Shown one piece after another: positions 1-8,459 of a stretch of DNA of 38,766 nucleotides. Numbering within the stretch: position 1 is the first letter of the stretch; every line of letters starts with the position of its first letter. Under the pieces are notes generated by a model that was not told the origin of the DNA, did not search any database, and was given only the letters and a program-made list of their open reading frames with translations. Made by a program: the position numbers and the translations under genes. The stretch comes from Microgenomates group bacterium RIFCSPHIGHO2_01_FULL_45_11 (lineage in GTDB: Bacteria > Patescibacteriota > Microgenomatia > UBA1400 > 2-01-FULL-45-11), in contig MHDE01000005.1 in the NCBI GenBank assembly GCA_001803465.1, forward strand, positions 17,310-56,075. The letters run 5' to 3'.

Positions 1-2
1 CA

Positions 3-110
3 ACTATGTCTTACGCCAAACAAATCATGACTAGACAAGTTTTAGTCGCCGCTGCCGACGGTTACGGCGCCGCTTGCCCTAGCTGCCACCCAACCCTAAA
101 CCGGGGATAA
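3..110 (+). CDS. possible 3' end of a truncated CDS (ends ...AAADGYGAACPSCHP, Ada-like metal-binding tail)
   Basis: Frame 3 is open from the window edge to TAA at 108-110; GY..C..C.P pattern. Too short to be sure. Confidence 0.25.
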   Translation, partial: TMSYAKQIMTRQVLVAAADGYGAACPSCHPTLNRG

Positions 111-182
111 AAAGGCTAAATCGTTTCCCCCTTCTCCAAGCCCTTTTCTTTTCCGCTCAAACCATTTACTATTATAGCGCTT

Positions 183-1277
183 ATGAAGGTATACTTCGGC
201 GCTTCCGTCACCTTAGACCGTTCTCTCTTACCGATGTATCAGAAAATAGTCAGCGAGATTAAAAGTATAGGTCATACCGTCCTGTCCGAGTATGTCGTTG
301 ACCCCAAGCTTCAAGCCGGCGCTGGTTTAAGCCCAAAGAAACTTTTTGCCCGGGAAACCGCCACCATTGATAAAGCCGACCTCATGGTCGCCGAAGTCAC
401 TCTACCGAGTTGGGGCACCGCTTTTTTAATGGAACACGCTTTAAAAAAAGGCCGACCGGTTCTGGCTTTGTTCTTTCAAGAGGCAGACCACCCCTTACCC
501 CTCATGATTCAAGGCCATCCTGACCTCTACGTCGCCCACTACGATGACGATTCCCTCAAAAATGTCCTCAAAAAAAATCTAGACCACCTCGAACAAATGA
601 AATCCCGAAAGGGAAAACTTATTGTTATCGACGGCGCCGACGGTTCCGGCAAAGCCACCCAAACCGAGCGCTTAGTCGCTTATTTCAAAAAGCATCACCT
701 ACCGCATAAATATATTTCCTTTCCTCGCTATAAAACTAGCTTTCACGGCAAACACGTCGGCCGCTTCTTAAAAGGCGAGTTTGGCGGTAACGGCGAGGTT
801 AGTCCCTACCTGTCGTCTTTGGCTTTTGCCCTGGATCGCTTGACCGCCCGCGACCAGTTAGTCGACTGGCTTAAAGAGGGCAACCTCGTCATTGCCGACC
901 GCTATGTCTCGGCCAGTTTAGCCCATCAGGGTTCCAAGGTTTCTTCAGAGAAACGAAGTTCGTTTCTTGATTGGCTCTATACCATGGAATACCTGGAGCA
1001 CAAGTTGCCCAAAGAAGATATCGTTATCTATTTATATGTTCCCCTGGAAGTTTCTCAAGAACTAATTAAAAAACGGGGGAGCGCAGATATCGCTGACAGC
1101 GACCTTGACCACCAAAGCCGCACCATCACTCTCTATCAAGAATTAGTCAAAAAATACCCCCATTGGGTGATGATTACCTGCGTTGACAAGAAAGGTAAAT
1201 TGCTGGCCATTGACGCTATCCACCAACAAATTCTTGAGGTTCTTCGCCAACGCCATATTCTGCCATCTTCCTCTTGA
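183..1277 (+). CDS. tmk: NDT/DNPH1-like domain fused to thymidylate kinase
   Basis: N-term MKVYFGAS...ADLMVAEVTLPSWG (NDT/Rcl fold); C-term P-loop IDGADGSGKATQ, FPRY and DRY motifs of dTMP kinase. Confidence 0.88.
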   Translation: MKVYFGASVTLDRSLLPMYQKIVSEIKSIGHTVLSEYVVDPKLQAGAGLSPKKLFARETATIDKADLMVAEVTLPSWGTAFLMEHALKKGRPVLALFFQEADHPLPLMIQGHPDLYVAHYDDDSLKNVLKKNLDHLEQMKSRKGKLIVIDGADGSGKATQTERLVAYFKKHHLPHKYISFPRYKTSFHGKHVGRFLKGEFGGNGEVSPYLSSLAFALDRLTARDQLVDWLKEGNLVIADRYVSASLAHQGSKVSSEKRSSFLDWLYTMEYLEHKLPKEDIVIYLYVPLEVSQELIKKRGSADIADSDLDHQSRTITLYQELVKKYPHWVMITCVDKKGKLLAIDAIHQQILEVLRQRHILPSSS

Positions 1278-1302
1278 CAAATATGTAATGGCTATGTAGA
1301 CT
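1274..1302 (+). promoter_or_regulatory. sigma70-type promoter
   Basis: TTGACA (1274-1279), 17-bp spacer, TG-TAGACT (-10 at 1297-1302). Confidence 0.7.
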
Positions 1303-1353
1303 TTCGGGAAAGTGGTTTGTCTAAGACACCCACTTTTGATCCAAGCAACGAGA

Positions 1354-1382
1354 CCCTCCGAAGCTTAAGCGAAGGAGGGGTG
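1354..1382. repeat. CCTCC-GAA-hairpin-GAAGGAGG micro-element (copy 1)
   Basis: ccctcc gaa gcttaagc gaa ggaggg; related ends at 18107, 23142 and 36503. Confidence 0.6.
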
Positions 1383-1475
1383 ACACCAAGTTTTCAAAGG
1401 GGGTGTTTTTTGTTTAACCAAACAACTCCTATCATCATTTGTCTTAAAATTTCTTTCCGAAAAGAGCAGAAAGTC

Positions 1476-1501
1476 CCGCGCCTAAGCCGCGCGGTTTTTT
1501 T
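1476..1501 (+). terminator. intrinsic terminator-like hairpin
   Basis: ccgcgc-ctaagcc-gcgcgg followed by T7, directly before the ATG at 1502. Confidence 0.55.
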
Positions 1502-2395
1502 ATGGGACCAGACCAGAGTCAGTATCTAGAGGCCAGAAAAAAAGAGAGCAGAGTTCCCCCTTTGTTAAGGGGCATCGGCCGTGTTTTTGTCGTCACCGAC
1601 AACGACAGTAAAGTTGCCGCCACGACAGAGTGGTTAAATACCTTTGGCATTATCGTTGGCGAAGCGTCACTACCGATAGCACCTCGACAGAGTAGTCGAC
1701 GCGAGCCAGACTGGACCAGTGCCATCAAAGTTTCCCGGCATAAAGTTGAATCGTTGGTGGCTGATCTCGAAGGCGAACCCGGTCCCGAAGCCCTGGTTAT
1801 CGCTTCGGACATCGTGGTCTGGATAAACGGTCAACCAAGATTTAACCTGTCTCGCCAAAAGATAACCGACCCCCAGGATCTTTGGGTTAGAAACTGTAAC
1901 CACAATGCTGTTCCAGGAGACAAGTTGCGTTTAGAAGAAGCTGATTTGATTGCGACCTTTACTCAGCCAGCAGCAATTTGGTGGGACGTTGCCGTTTCAG
2001 TTTCTCGGAAGGGATTACGCCTGACCGCCGCCGACCGGTTTTTGGCAGAAACTAAACCTTTACCAGCCCAGCTGATCAGGCAAATTTTTTGGAGTGACGT
2101 TCCTGGCAGCGTCGGTCGTAACACCCGTTTGCCCCTTATCGATGACGACAGATTAAAACCTTACTTTACCGGAATGGTGAGTTTTCCTCTCACTCTCTGT
2201 ACAGATGAGCTGGGTAATTTCCACGACTGGCATGAAAACTGTACCAGTGATTTAGTTCATGACTTGTTATCGGTTGAAACCATGAGAAATCAAGCCGCTC
2301 AAGCTATCCTCGGCGGGATCTTAAGCTCAGAACGCATGGCAGAGTTAGCCAAACAAAAACCAAAAACCAACCCCAACGGTTGGTTTATGGTGTAA
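1502..2395 (+). CDS. divergent Maf/Ham1 (ITPase-like) nucleotide pyrophosphatase
   Basis: VFVVTDNDSKV resembles Ham1 ATxNxxK; SRHKVES and ALVIASDIVVWING resemble Maf AKAxA and LVIGADTVVxxDG. Confidence 0.55.
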   Translation: MGPDQSQYLEARKKESRVPPLLRGIGRVFVVTDNDSKVAATTEWLNTFGIIVGEASLPIAPRQSSRREPDWTSAIKVSRHKVESLVADLEGEPGPEALVIASDIVVWINGQPRFNLSRQKITDPQDLWVRNCNHNAVPGDKLRLEEADLIATFTQPAAIWWDVAVSVSRKGLRLTAADRFLAETKPLPAQLIRQIFWSDVPGSVGRNTRLPLIDDDRLKPYFTGMVSFPLTLCTDELGNFHDWHENCTSDLVHDLLSVETMRNQAAQAILGGILSSERMAELAKQKPKTNPNGWFMV

Positions 2396-2441
2396 AATAA
2401 TACCATTGGTGCCTTACTATAGTTTTAGTTAGTTAAAGATT

Positions 2442-2678
2442 ATGGCTACACTTCCTAGACAGCCAGACGTTGTAATTTACCAAATCAAAGCTGTTGACTG
2501 TGGAGCGAAACAGGCAGAACTAATTAAGCCTGCAGACCTTCCCCCAGGCACCGCGCTTGCAGAGTTCGTTAATTTATTAGGATTACCGTTATTTAATCTG
2601 TCAAATGATTTGGAGCCGGGAACGGAAGAAGAACAGCAAAAAGACATCTTCTTACTCAGCGAATCGGAAAAAATATGA
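2442..2678 (+). CDS. hypothetical protein (78 aa)
   Basis: ATG start; ATGA overlap with the next ORF suggests translational coupling. Confidence 0.6.
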   Translation: MATLPRQPDVVIYQIKAVDCGAKQAELIKPADLPPGTALAEFVNLLGLPLFNLSNDLEPGTEEEQQKDIFLLSESEKI

Positions 2679-3001
2679 GTTCCTACACCGTTACTCTTAT
2701 GACCAGAAAGGAAACCACTCCCTTCACGTCAGCGCCATTCCGCAATGCCATAGAACCAGTGAAGACTCAAGAGATCCCCGCCAATACTAGTCTTGCCCTC
2801 AGACTGGAAAATGGAGATGTTATTGGTCACGTCATAAATTATGCTGGCCAACTCCTCGTTGTTCCTTGCCGCACCAAAGACGGTTACGTCTACGTTTCCG
2901 AACACATCACCTACAACCCTGTAGTCTTAGACGATGAATCAGCCCATGTCCATCAAAACGGTAATGTCACCCAATTTTTCGAAGTAGCAAGTGTTGGGTA
3001 A
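2675..3001 (+). CDS. hypothetical beta-rich protein (108 aa)
   Basis: Coupled ORF with host-like codon use. Confidence 0.6.
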   Translation: MSSYTVTLMTRKETTPFTSAPFRNAIEPVKTQEIPANTSLALRLENGDVIGHVINYAGQLLVVPCRTKDGYVYVSEHITYNPVVLDDESAHVHQNGNVTQFFEVASVG

Positions 3002-3114
3002 TCACCCTTTCATCCCTTTACTCCCGCAGTGTTTATTCAAGACACGTCGGCAGTCAAAGATCACCCCAATCCCGCTTTCCCCTAAGGCGTAGAATCGTAT
3101 ACAATACTTCCAGT

Positions 3115-5235
3115 ATGTTCGACACCCTGCTTTTGAAGTTGCCTCGCGACACCGAAGTCACCCCGGAAATGGCCAAAAATTTTTTGGCTGGCGTCAGTGA
3201 AGTGGCCAGCCGACCAGGACTCATCAAGCATCTTCTCGGCCAGCGGCCGGTACCTTTAGCCTTAGAAATTATTAGTTTTCACCAGCAAATTCAATTTACT
3301 ATTACCTGCGGTCAAGCCATTACCGAATTTGTCAAAACCCAACTCCAGTCTAATTACCCCCTGGTGGTCGTCGAAACCATCGCCGACCCCCTCCTAAATA
3401 TCGCCCCCGTCTCTGTCGGCAGACTCTCTCTGGCTACAGCCAATTATTATCCCTTGAGTACCGCCAAAGACTTCCGCGACCTTGATCCCTTAGCTTCGGT
3501 ACTTTCGGTCATGGCCAAAGCCGAAGCCGATGAGGTAATGATGGTCCAACTGGCTCTGGCAAAAGCCGGCAGTAACTGGCAACATCATGGTCAATCGGCC
3601 ATTGATAAAGGTCGGCCGGGAGAGAAACCCGAACAAACTAAGGCCCTGCCCGAACAACAACTTATCAGAGATAAAATTTCCTTTCCCGGTTATTATTTCA
3701 CTCTTCTATTGGCAGCCACCCACAAATCTCGTCTGCGCGAATTGGCCAGCGCTTTTCAGGTCTTTAGCCGCGCCGGGGGCAACCGTCTTTCCTTATCGGT
3801 GCCCCTCTTTAGTAAGCGAAAATTGCTTCACGACCTCCAGGGTAGACGAGCGGTCGGTAAACAAGTCTTAAATATCGACGAGTTAGCCACTATTTGGCAC
3901 TTGCCCGGAGAAAAAATCAAAGTCACCGGTATTGCCTGGGGCAGTGCGATTCTGTCCGAAGCCCCGGAAAATCTGCCCTTGGCTGAAGGCAAGACAGAAG
4001 CAGAAAAAGCCACCATCAACTTTTTTGCCAAAACTGTTTTTAAAAACAAGGACGCCGTCTTTGGTATCAAAGACGCCGATCGCCGCCGTCACCTTTGGTC
4101 TATCGGCAAAACCGGTACCGGTAAATCCACCCTTATTGCCAACATGGCCATCGACGACTTCAAAAAGGGGAGAGGAGTCACTGTTATCGACCCCCACGGC
4201 GACCTTTCCGACATTCTTCTCGATTATATCCCGAGCCACCGGGTCAACGACGTCATCTACTTAAACCCGGCTGACAAAGACTACACTGTCACCATCAATC
4301 CGTTGGAAGTCGCCAGTAGGGAAGAGCGGGAATTAGTGGTTTCTGGCATTGTCGCCATTTTCCACAAACTCTACGGCTACTCCTGGGGACCACGCTTGGA
4401 ATATATCTTAAGAAATTGTTTGTTGACCTTGACGGAAGCGTCCGACTCTACTCTGGGAGACGTGATTAAGCTTTTGACCGACTTTAAGTTTCGTCAAAAA
4501 GTCGTCGACACCATCAGCGACACCGTCATGAAACAATATTGGCTGGTCGAGTATGCCCAAATGCCAGAAAGACTTCGCCAAGAGGCCATCGCTCCCATCT
4601 TAAACAAAGTCGGCCAATTTGTCGGCTCGCCCCTGATCCGCTCGGTCATCGGCTCACCTAAATCTTCCGTCAGCATTGATGCTGTCATAAACGAAGGCAA
4701 AATCCTCATCGCCAATCTCTCCCAGGGAAGGTTAGGCGAAGACAACGGTGCCCTACTTGGGGCCATGCTCATCACTAAGTTTCAGCTGGCTTCCATGCGT
4801 CGGGTCAATGTGCCAGAAGAACAAAGGCGGGACTTTTACCTTTATGTAGACGAGTTTCAAAATTTCGCCACCCTGTCTTTTGTCAAAATTCTCTCCGAGG
4901 CCAGAAAATACCGCTTGAATTTAATGATGGCCAATCAATACATCGCCCAAATTCCCGAAGAAATTATCAAGGCAATCTTAGGCAACGTCGGCAGCTTAAT
5001 AACCTTTACCGTCGGCGCATCCGACGCTTTTCTTTTAAAGCGCGAGTTTTCCGAGGTTTTCTCCGAGTCTGACCTCGTTAACTTGGAGAACTACCAAATT
5101 GCCGTGAAGTTAATGATTGACGCCCACGCCAGCCGTCCCTTCCTGGCTCACACTTTGCCTTTGCCAGTCTCCAAAAACCAAAACCGTGACAAAGTCATCC
5201 GTGTCTCCCGAGAACGCTATTCCAAAAAAAAGTAA
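3115..5235 (+). CDS. VirD4/TraG/TrwB-like (HerA/FtsK superfamily) ATPase with N-terminal extension
   Basis: Walker A GKTGTGKS, IDPHGD, Walker B LYVDEFQNF, SEARKY, ANQY. Confidence 0.88.
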   Translation: MFDTLLLKLPRDTEVTPEMAKNFLAGVSEVASRPGLIKHLLGQRPVPLALEIISFHQQIQFTITCGQAITEFVKTQLQSNYPLVVVETIADPLLNIAPVSVGRLSLATANYYPLSTAKDFRDLDPLASVLSVMAKAEADEVMMVQLALAKAGSNWQHHGQSAIDKGRPGEKPEQTKALPEQQLIRDKISFPGYYFTLLLAATHKSRLRELASAFQVFSRAGGNRLSLSVPLFSKRKLLHDLQGRRAVGKQVLNIDELATIWHLPGEKIKVTGIAWGSAILSEAPENLPLAEGKTEAEKATINFFAKTVFKNKDAVFGIKDADRRRHLWSIGKTGTGKSTLIANMAIDDFKKGRGVTVIDPHGDLSDILLDYIPSHRVNDVIYLNPADKDYTVTINPLEVASREERELVVSGIVAIFHKLYGYSWGPRLEYILRNCLLTLTEASDSTLGDVIKLLTDFKFRQKVVDTISDTVMKQYWLVEYAQMPERLRQEAIAPILNKVGQFVGSPLIRSVIGSPKSSVSIDAVINEGKILIANLSQGRLGEDNGALLGAMLITKFQLASMRRVNVPEEQRRDFYLYVDEFQNFATLSFVKILSEARKYRLNLMMANQYIAQIPEEIIKAILGNVGSLITFTVGASDAFLLKREFSEVFSESDLVNLENYQIAVKLMIDAHASRPFLAHTLPLPVSKNQNRDKVIRVSRERYSKKK

Positions 5236-5304
5236 AATTTTAAGCGGAGTAAACCACCTTCCCAGTATTTTACTCAATTGAGTTACTTAAAGTACAATAG
5301 AGTT

Positions 5305-6240
5305 ATGGCTAAAGTATTTGACGGCAAAGTTTTTGCCGCTAGCAAAGAAATCATTCTCAAGAAAGAAGTTAAAGCCTTGCCCTTTACTCCACGCTTAATG
5401 TCCATTGTCTTTGTCGAAGACAAAGCCGGAGACACCTACACCGATCTTAAATTCGAGGTTGCTACTCGCATCGGCATCGAGTTTGATAGATTAAATGTCT
5501 CTTTGGACGAACCCCTCGACGCCTTGATAAAAAAAATTCAATCAGCCAGTCAACGACCTGATCTCCACGGCCTTTTAATTCAAAAGCCAGCCAAAGCCAT
5601 CTGGCAGCAGTTCCAACCTATCACCTATAACTCATCACCTATAACCTTCCCCGATTGGTGGCATCAACTTACCTCTCAAATTGATCTCCTCAAAGACGTT
5701 GACTGTCTTCACCCCCAAAACCTAGCCAAAGTCTATCAGGCTACGTGGACATTATTGCCAGCCACTGTCAAAGCCATTCTCTACGTCTTACTCCAAGCCT
5801 TAGACGAGTCAGCCCTGCCATCGATCCCTCGAAACCTTGATGCCAGAGAGCTTCTGATTGCCGTGAAGCCGTTCTTTACTGGCAAAAAAATTAGCGTCGT
5901 CGGCAGAAGCGACATCGTCGGTCGTCCCTTAGCCGCCGTCTGTTCCCAAGCCGGGGGAGAAGTCAACCTTCTCGGCTCGATCGACTCTCTCTCTACCACC
6001 TTACTATCATCGGAAATTATAATTAGCGCTACCGGCGTCGCCAACTTAATCACCGAAGCTCTGGTTAAACCTGGCGCCGTCGTCATTGACGTCGGCTATC
6101 CTGTCGGCGACCTCGACTTTGAACGGGTCAAGTCAGTCGCCGGCTTTATCACCCCCGTTCCATTTGGCATCGGCCCGGTCACCGTTACTTCTCTGTTAGA
6201 AAATCTCGTCCAAGTCGTTGTTCAAAAGCACCCTCGTTGA
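5305..6240 (+). CDS. folD: methylenetetrahydrofolate dehydrogenase/cyclohydrolase
   Basis: MAKVFDGK, KDVDCLHP, VVGRSDIVGRP, VIDVG, ITPVPFGIGPVT. Start moved to ATG 5305, which has TACAAT 6 nt upstream. Confidence 0.9.
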   Translation: MAKVFDGKVFAASKEIILKKEVKALPFTPRLMSIVFVEDKAGDTYTDLKFEVATRIGIEFDRLNVSLDEPLDALIKKIQSASQRPDLHGLLIQKPAKAIWQQFQPITYNSSPITFPDWWHQLTSQIDLLKDVDCLHPQNLAKVYQATWTLLPATVKAILYVLLQALDESALPSIPRNLDARELLIAVKPFFTGKKISVVGRSDIVGRPLAAVCSQAGGEVNLLGSIDSLSTTLLSSEIIISATGVANLITEALVKPGAVVIDVGYPVGDLDFERVKSVAGFITPVPFGIGPVTVTSLLENLVQVVVQKHPR

Positions 6241-6344
6241 TTACAACACCTGACTTAAAGTATTCATAGAAAAATGGAAAATCACCGAATCATCTAAGTC
6301 TTGTTTTTGAAAGCGCTTCCAGGTAAAATTAGCCTCATTACTCA

Positions 6345-6396
6345 CACCGAACCGGTCTCCTGATTACTTCGGTTTGGTGGCGGTTTAAGGAGACAG
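6345..6396 (+). promoter_or_regulatory. rpsB 5' leader with an SD-sequestering pseudoknot (probable S2 autoregulatory element)
   Basis: Stem caccgaaccg (6345-54)/cggtttggtg (6370-79); loop gtctcct (6355-61) is complementary to the SD region aggagac (6388-94). Confidence 0.65.
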
Positions 6397-7170
6397 ATGT
6401 CAGAAAAAGCTTACTCTATAGATCTTAAAGAGCTCTTGGAAGCGGGTTGTCACTTCGGCCATCAGGCCCGCCGCTGGAACCCCAAAATGGTGTCTTATAT
6501 TTACACCACCCGCGACGGCGTCAGCATTTTTGATTTAGCCAAAACCGCCCAATGTTTAGTCGAGGCGATGACCTATGTTCGTGACTGGGTTAAGGATGGG
6601 AAAGACATTGTCTTTGTCGGCACCAAGCGTCAGGCTCAGGCAATTGTCAAGGAGGAAGCCATTAAAGTTGGCGCTCCGTTTATTTCCGAGCGCTGGCTTG
6701 GCGGCCTGCTCACGAATTGGAACGAGATTGAAAAACGCCTTAATCGCTTAAGGACCATGCGCCAGGATCGAGAGGCTGGTTTATACAAAAAATATACCAA
6801 GAAGGAAAATGTTCTTATCGACCGGGAAATCGCCAAACTCGACCGCTTTTTAGGCGGTATCGACTCCTTAAAAGCCGCGCCCGAGGCCTTATTCATCATT
6901 GATACCCACAAGGAAATCGTCGCCGTCCGCGAAGCTAGTCAGAAAAATATTCCCATTGTTGGGATTGTAGATTCCAACGCCGATCCCTACCCCGTTACCA
7001 AAGTCATTCCAGCCAATGATGATGCCGTCCGTTCGATTAAACTCATCGTCGCCAAAATTGCCGAAGCCTACGCCGATGGCAAAGCCCTAAGAAAATCCAC
7101 CCCATCTACCCCCAAAGTTCCAGACAAAGACCAACTTAAAAAACCGCTTAAACCCAAGCAATCAAAATGA
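6397..7170 (+). CDS. rpsB: 30S ribosomal protein S2
   Basis: LLEAGCHFGHQARRWNPKM, FVGTK, RWLGGLLTN, PANDD. Confidence 0.98.
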   Translation: MSEKAYSIDLKELLEAGCHFGHQARRWNPKMVSYIYTTRDGVSIFDLAKTAQCLVEAMTYVRDWVKDGKDIVFVGTKRQAQAIVKEEAIKVGAPFISERWLGGLLTNWNEIEKRLNRLRTMRQDREAGLYKKYTKKENVLIDREIAKLDRFLGGIDSLKAAPEALFIIDTHKEIVAVREASQKNIPIVGIVDSNADPYPVTKVIPANDDAVRSIKLIVAKIAEAYADGKALRKSTPSTPKVPDKDQLKKPLKPKQSK

Positions 7171-7208
7171 GCTGTGACTTTTCTATCTAGATCCACCTAA
7201 ATCTTGGT

Positions 7209-7248
7209 AATATCAATTAGTATCGATTAATATCGACGAGTATCCAAA
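7209..7248. repeat. 10-bp degenerate tandem repeat x4
   Basis: aatatcaatt agtatcgatt aatatcgacg agtatccaaa. Confidence 0.6.
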
Positions 7249-7272
7249 CTAAAAGAGCTAAAGGTATTTAAT

Positions 7273-7743
7273 ATGAGTCAGCCATCAACACTGACAGCCA
7301 TTAAAAAACTACGGGCTGCCACGGGCGCCGGCGTCATGGAGGCCAAGCGGGCTTTGGATAAAGCTAAAGGGAATCTTGAGGAAGCTAAAAAAGTCATTAC
7401 CGCCGCCGGCATAGTCAAGGCCGAGAAACAAGCCGACCGCCAGGCCGAATCAGGCATGGTCTTTGCCTATATCCACCACACTCAACTCTCGGGTACCATT
7501 ATCGAGCTAAACTGCGAGACCGATTTTGTCGCCAAAACTTCCGACTTTCAAAGTCTGGCCAAAGAACTTGCCCTGCAAGTTAACAGCATGAATCCAAGTT
7601 CCGTTGACGATCTCTTAAACCAAGAATATATCCGCGATCCCCAAATAACGGTTAGTGAGCTCGTCAAACAAACCGCCGCCAAAGTGGGCGAGAACGTTAA
7701 AGTCAAACGCTTCCAACGCTTTCAAGTCGGGGAAAAAGCATAA
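7273..7743 (+). CDS. tsf: elongation factor Ts (short form)
   Basis: IKKLRAATGAGVMEAKRAL, ELNCETDFVA; follows rpsB. Confidence 0.97.
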   Translation: MSQPSTLTAIKKLRAATGAGVMEAKRALDKAKGNLEEAKKVITAAGIVKAEKQADRQAESGMVFAYIHHTQLSGTIIELNCETDFVAKTSDFQSLAKELALQVNSMNPSSVDDLLNQEYIRDPQITVSELVKQTAAKVGENVKVKRFQRFQVGEKA

Positions 7744-7882
7744 TTGTGAGTCAATGTCTCTTCTACCTTTACTGTAAGCTAGCGAAAGCTCCGGCAGACG
7801 CCTTTAGTCCGTTTTTTTTACAGTTTTCTGATTACTGATTACTGGCAGCTGATTTGTTACAATTAACGGAGGGAGGTCACTC

Positions 7883-8431
7883 ATGTTTGACAAAATGATC
7901 AGTCACATGCAGAAGGTTTTGCTTTTAGTGGAAGACGATCTCAAGCTCATTAAAACCGGCCGGGCTAAACCCAGCCTGGTTGAACACGTTAAAGTTGAAG
8001 CCTATGAGGGTCAGGTCATGCCCCTCATCGAACTGGCCTCAATTACCGCCCCCGACCCTCACACCCTGCTCATTTCTCCTTGGGACAAAACCATTGTCGA
8101 CAAAGTCTACAAAACGTTATCAGCCGGCGAACAATCTCTAAATCCAGTGATTGACGGCGACCTCATTCGCATCAGCGTGCCGCCTTTGACGCAAGAAAGA
8201 AGAGAAGAACTCGTCAAGCTGGTTAAGCAGAGGCTTGAAGCCGGCCGGCAAATGCTGCGCCAGTTAAGAAACGACACCAAAAAAGACATCGACGCTATGG
8301 AGGGAGAACCAGGAGTGAGCGAAGACGACGTCAAACGTTACTTAGACGACATGCAGAAAAAATTTGACGAATTTCTCGTTAAACTCGAAGACTTAGGTAA
8401 AACCAAAGAAAAAGAACTGATGGAGCTATAA
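7883..8431 (+). CDS. frr: ribosome recycling factor
   Basis: IKTGRAKP, PPLTQERREELVK; GGAGG SD. Confidence 0.97.
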   Translation: MFDKMISHMQKVLLLVEDDLKLIKTGRAKPSLVEHVKVEAYEGQVMPLIELASITAPDPHTLLISPWDKTIVDKVYKTLSAGEQSLNPVIDGDLIRISVPPLTQERREELVKLVKQRLEAGRQMLRQLRNDTKKDIDAMEGEPGVSEDDVKRYLDDMQKKFDEFLVKLEDLGKTKEKELMEL

Positions 8432-8459
8432 ATAGGGTATCCACTATTCACTGCTTATT

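Noticed and set aside
1300..1500. ZTP or c-di-GMP riboswitch
   Set aside because: Only short fragments resemble these; the conserved GGGAG/CGCCUGGG and GGCAAA..GACGCAAAG cores are missing.
1317..1529. 70-aa ORF and the many short antisense or out-of-frame ORFs in the track
   Set aside because: They overlap terminators or well-supported genes and show no protein motifs, so they are treated as shadow ORFs.
2675..3001. FHA-like domain
   Set aside because: Only loose beta-strand patterning; the GR, SxxH and NG motifs are absent.
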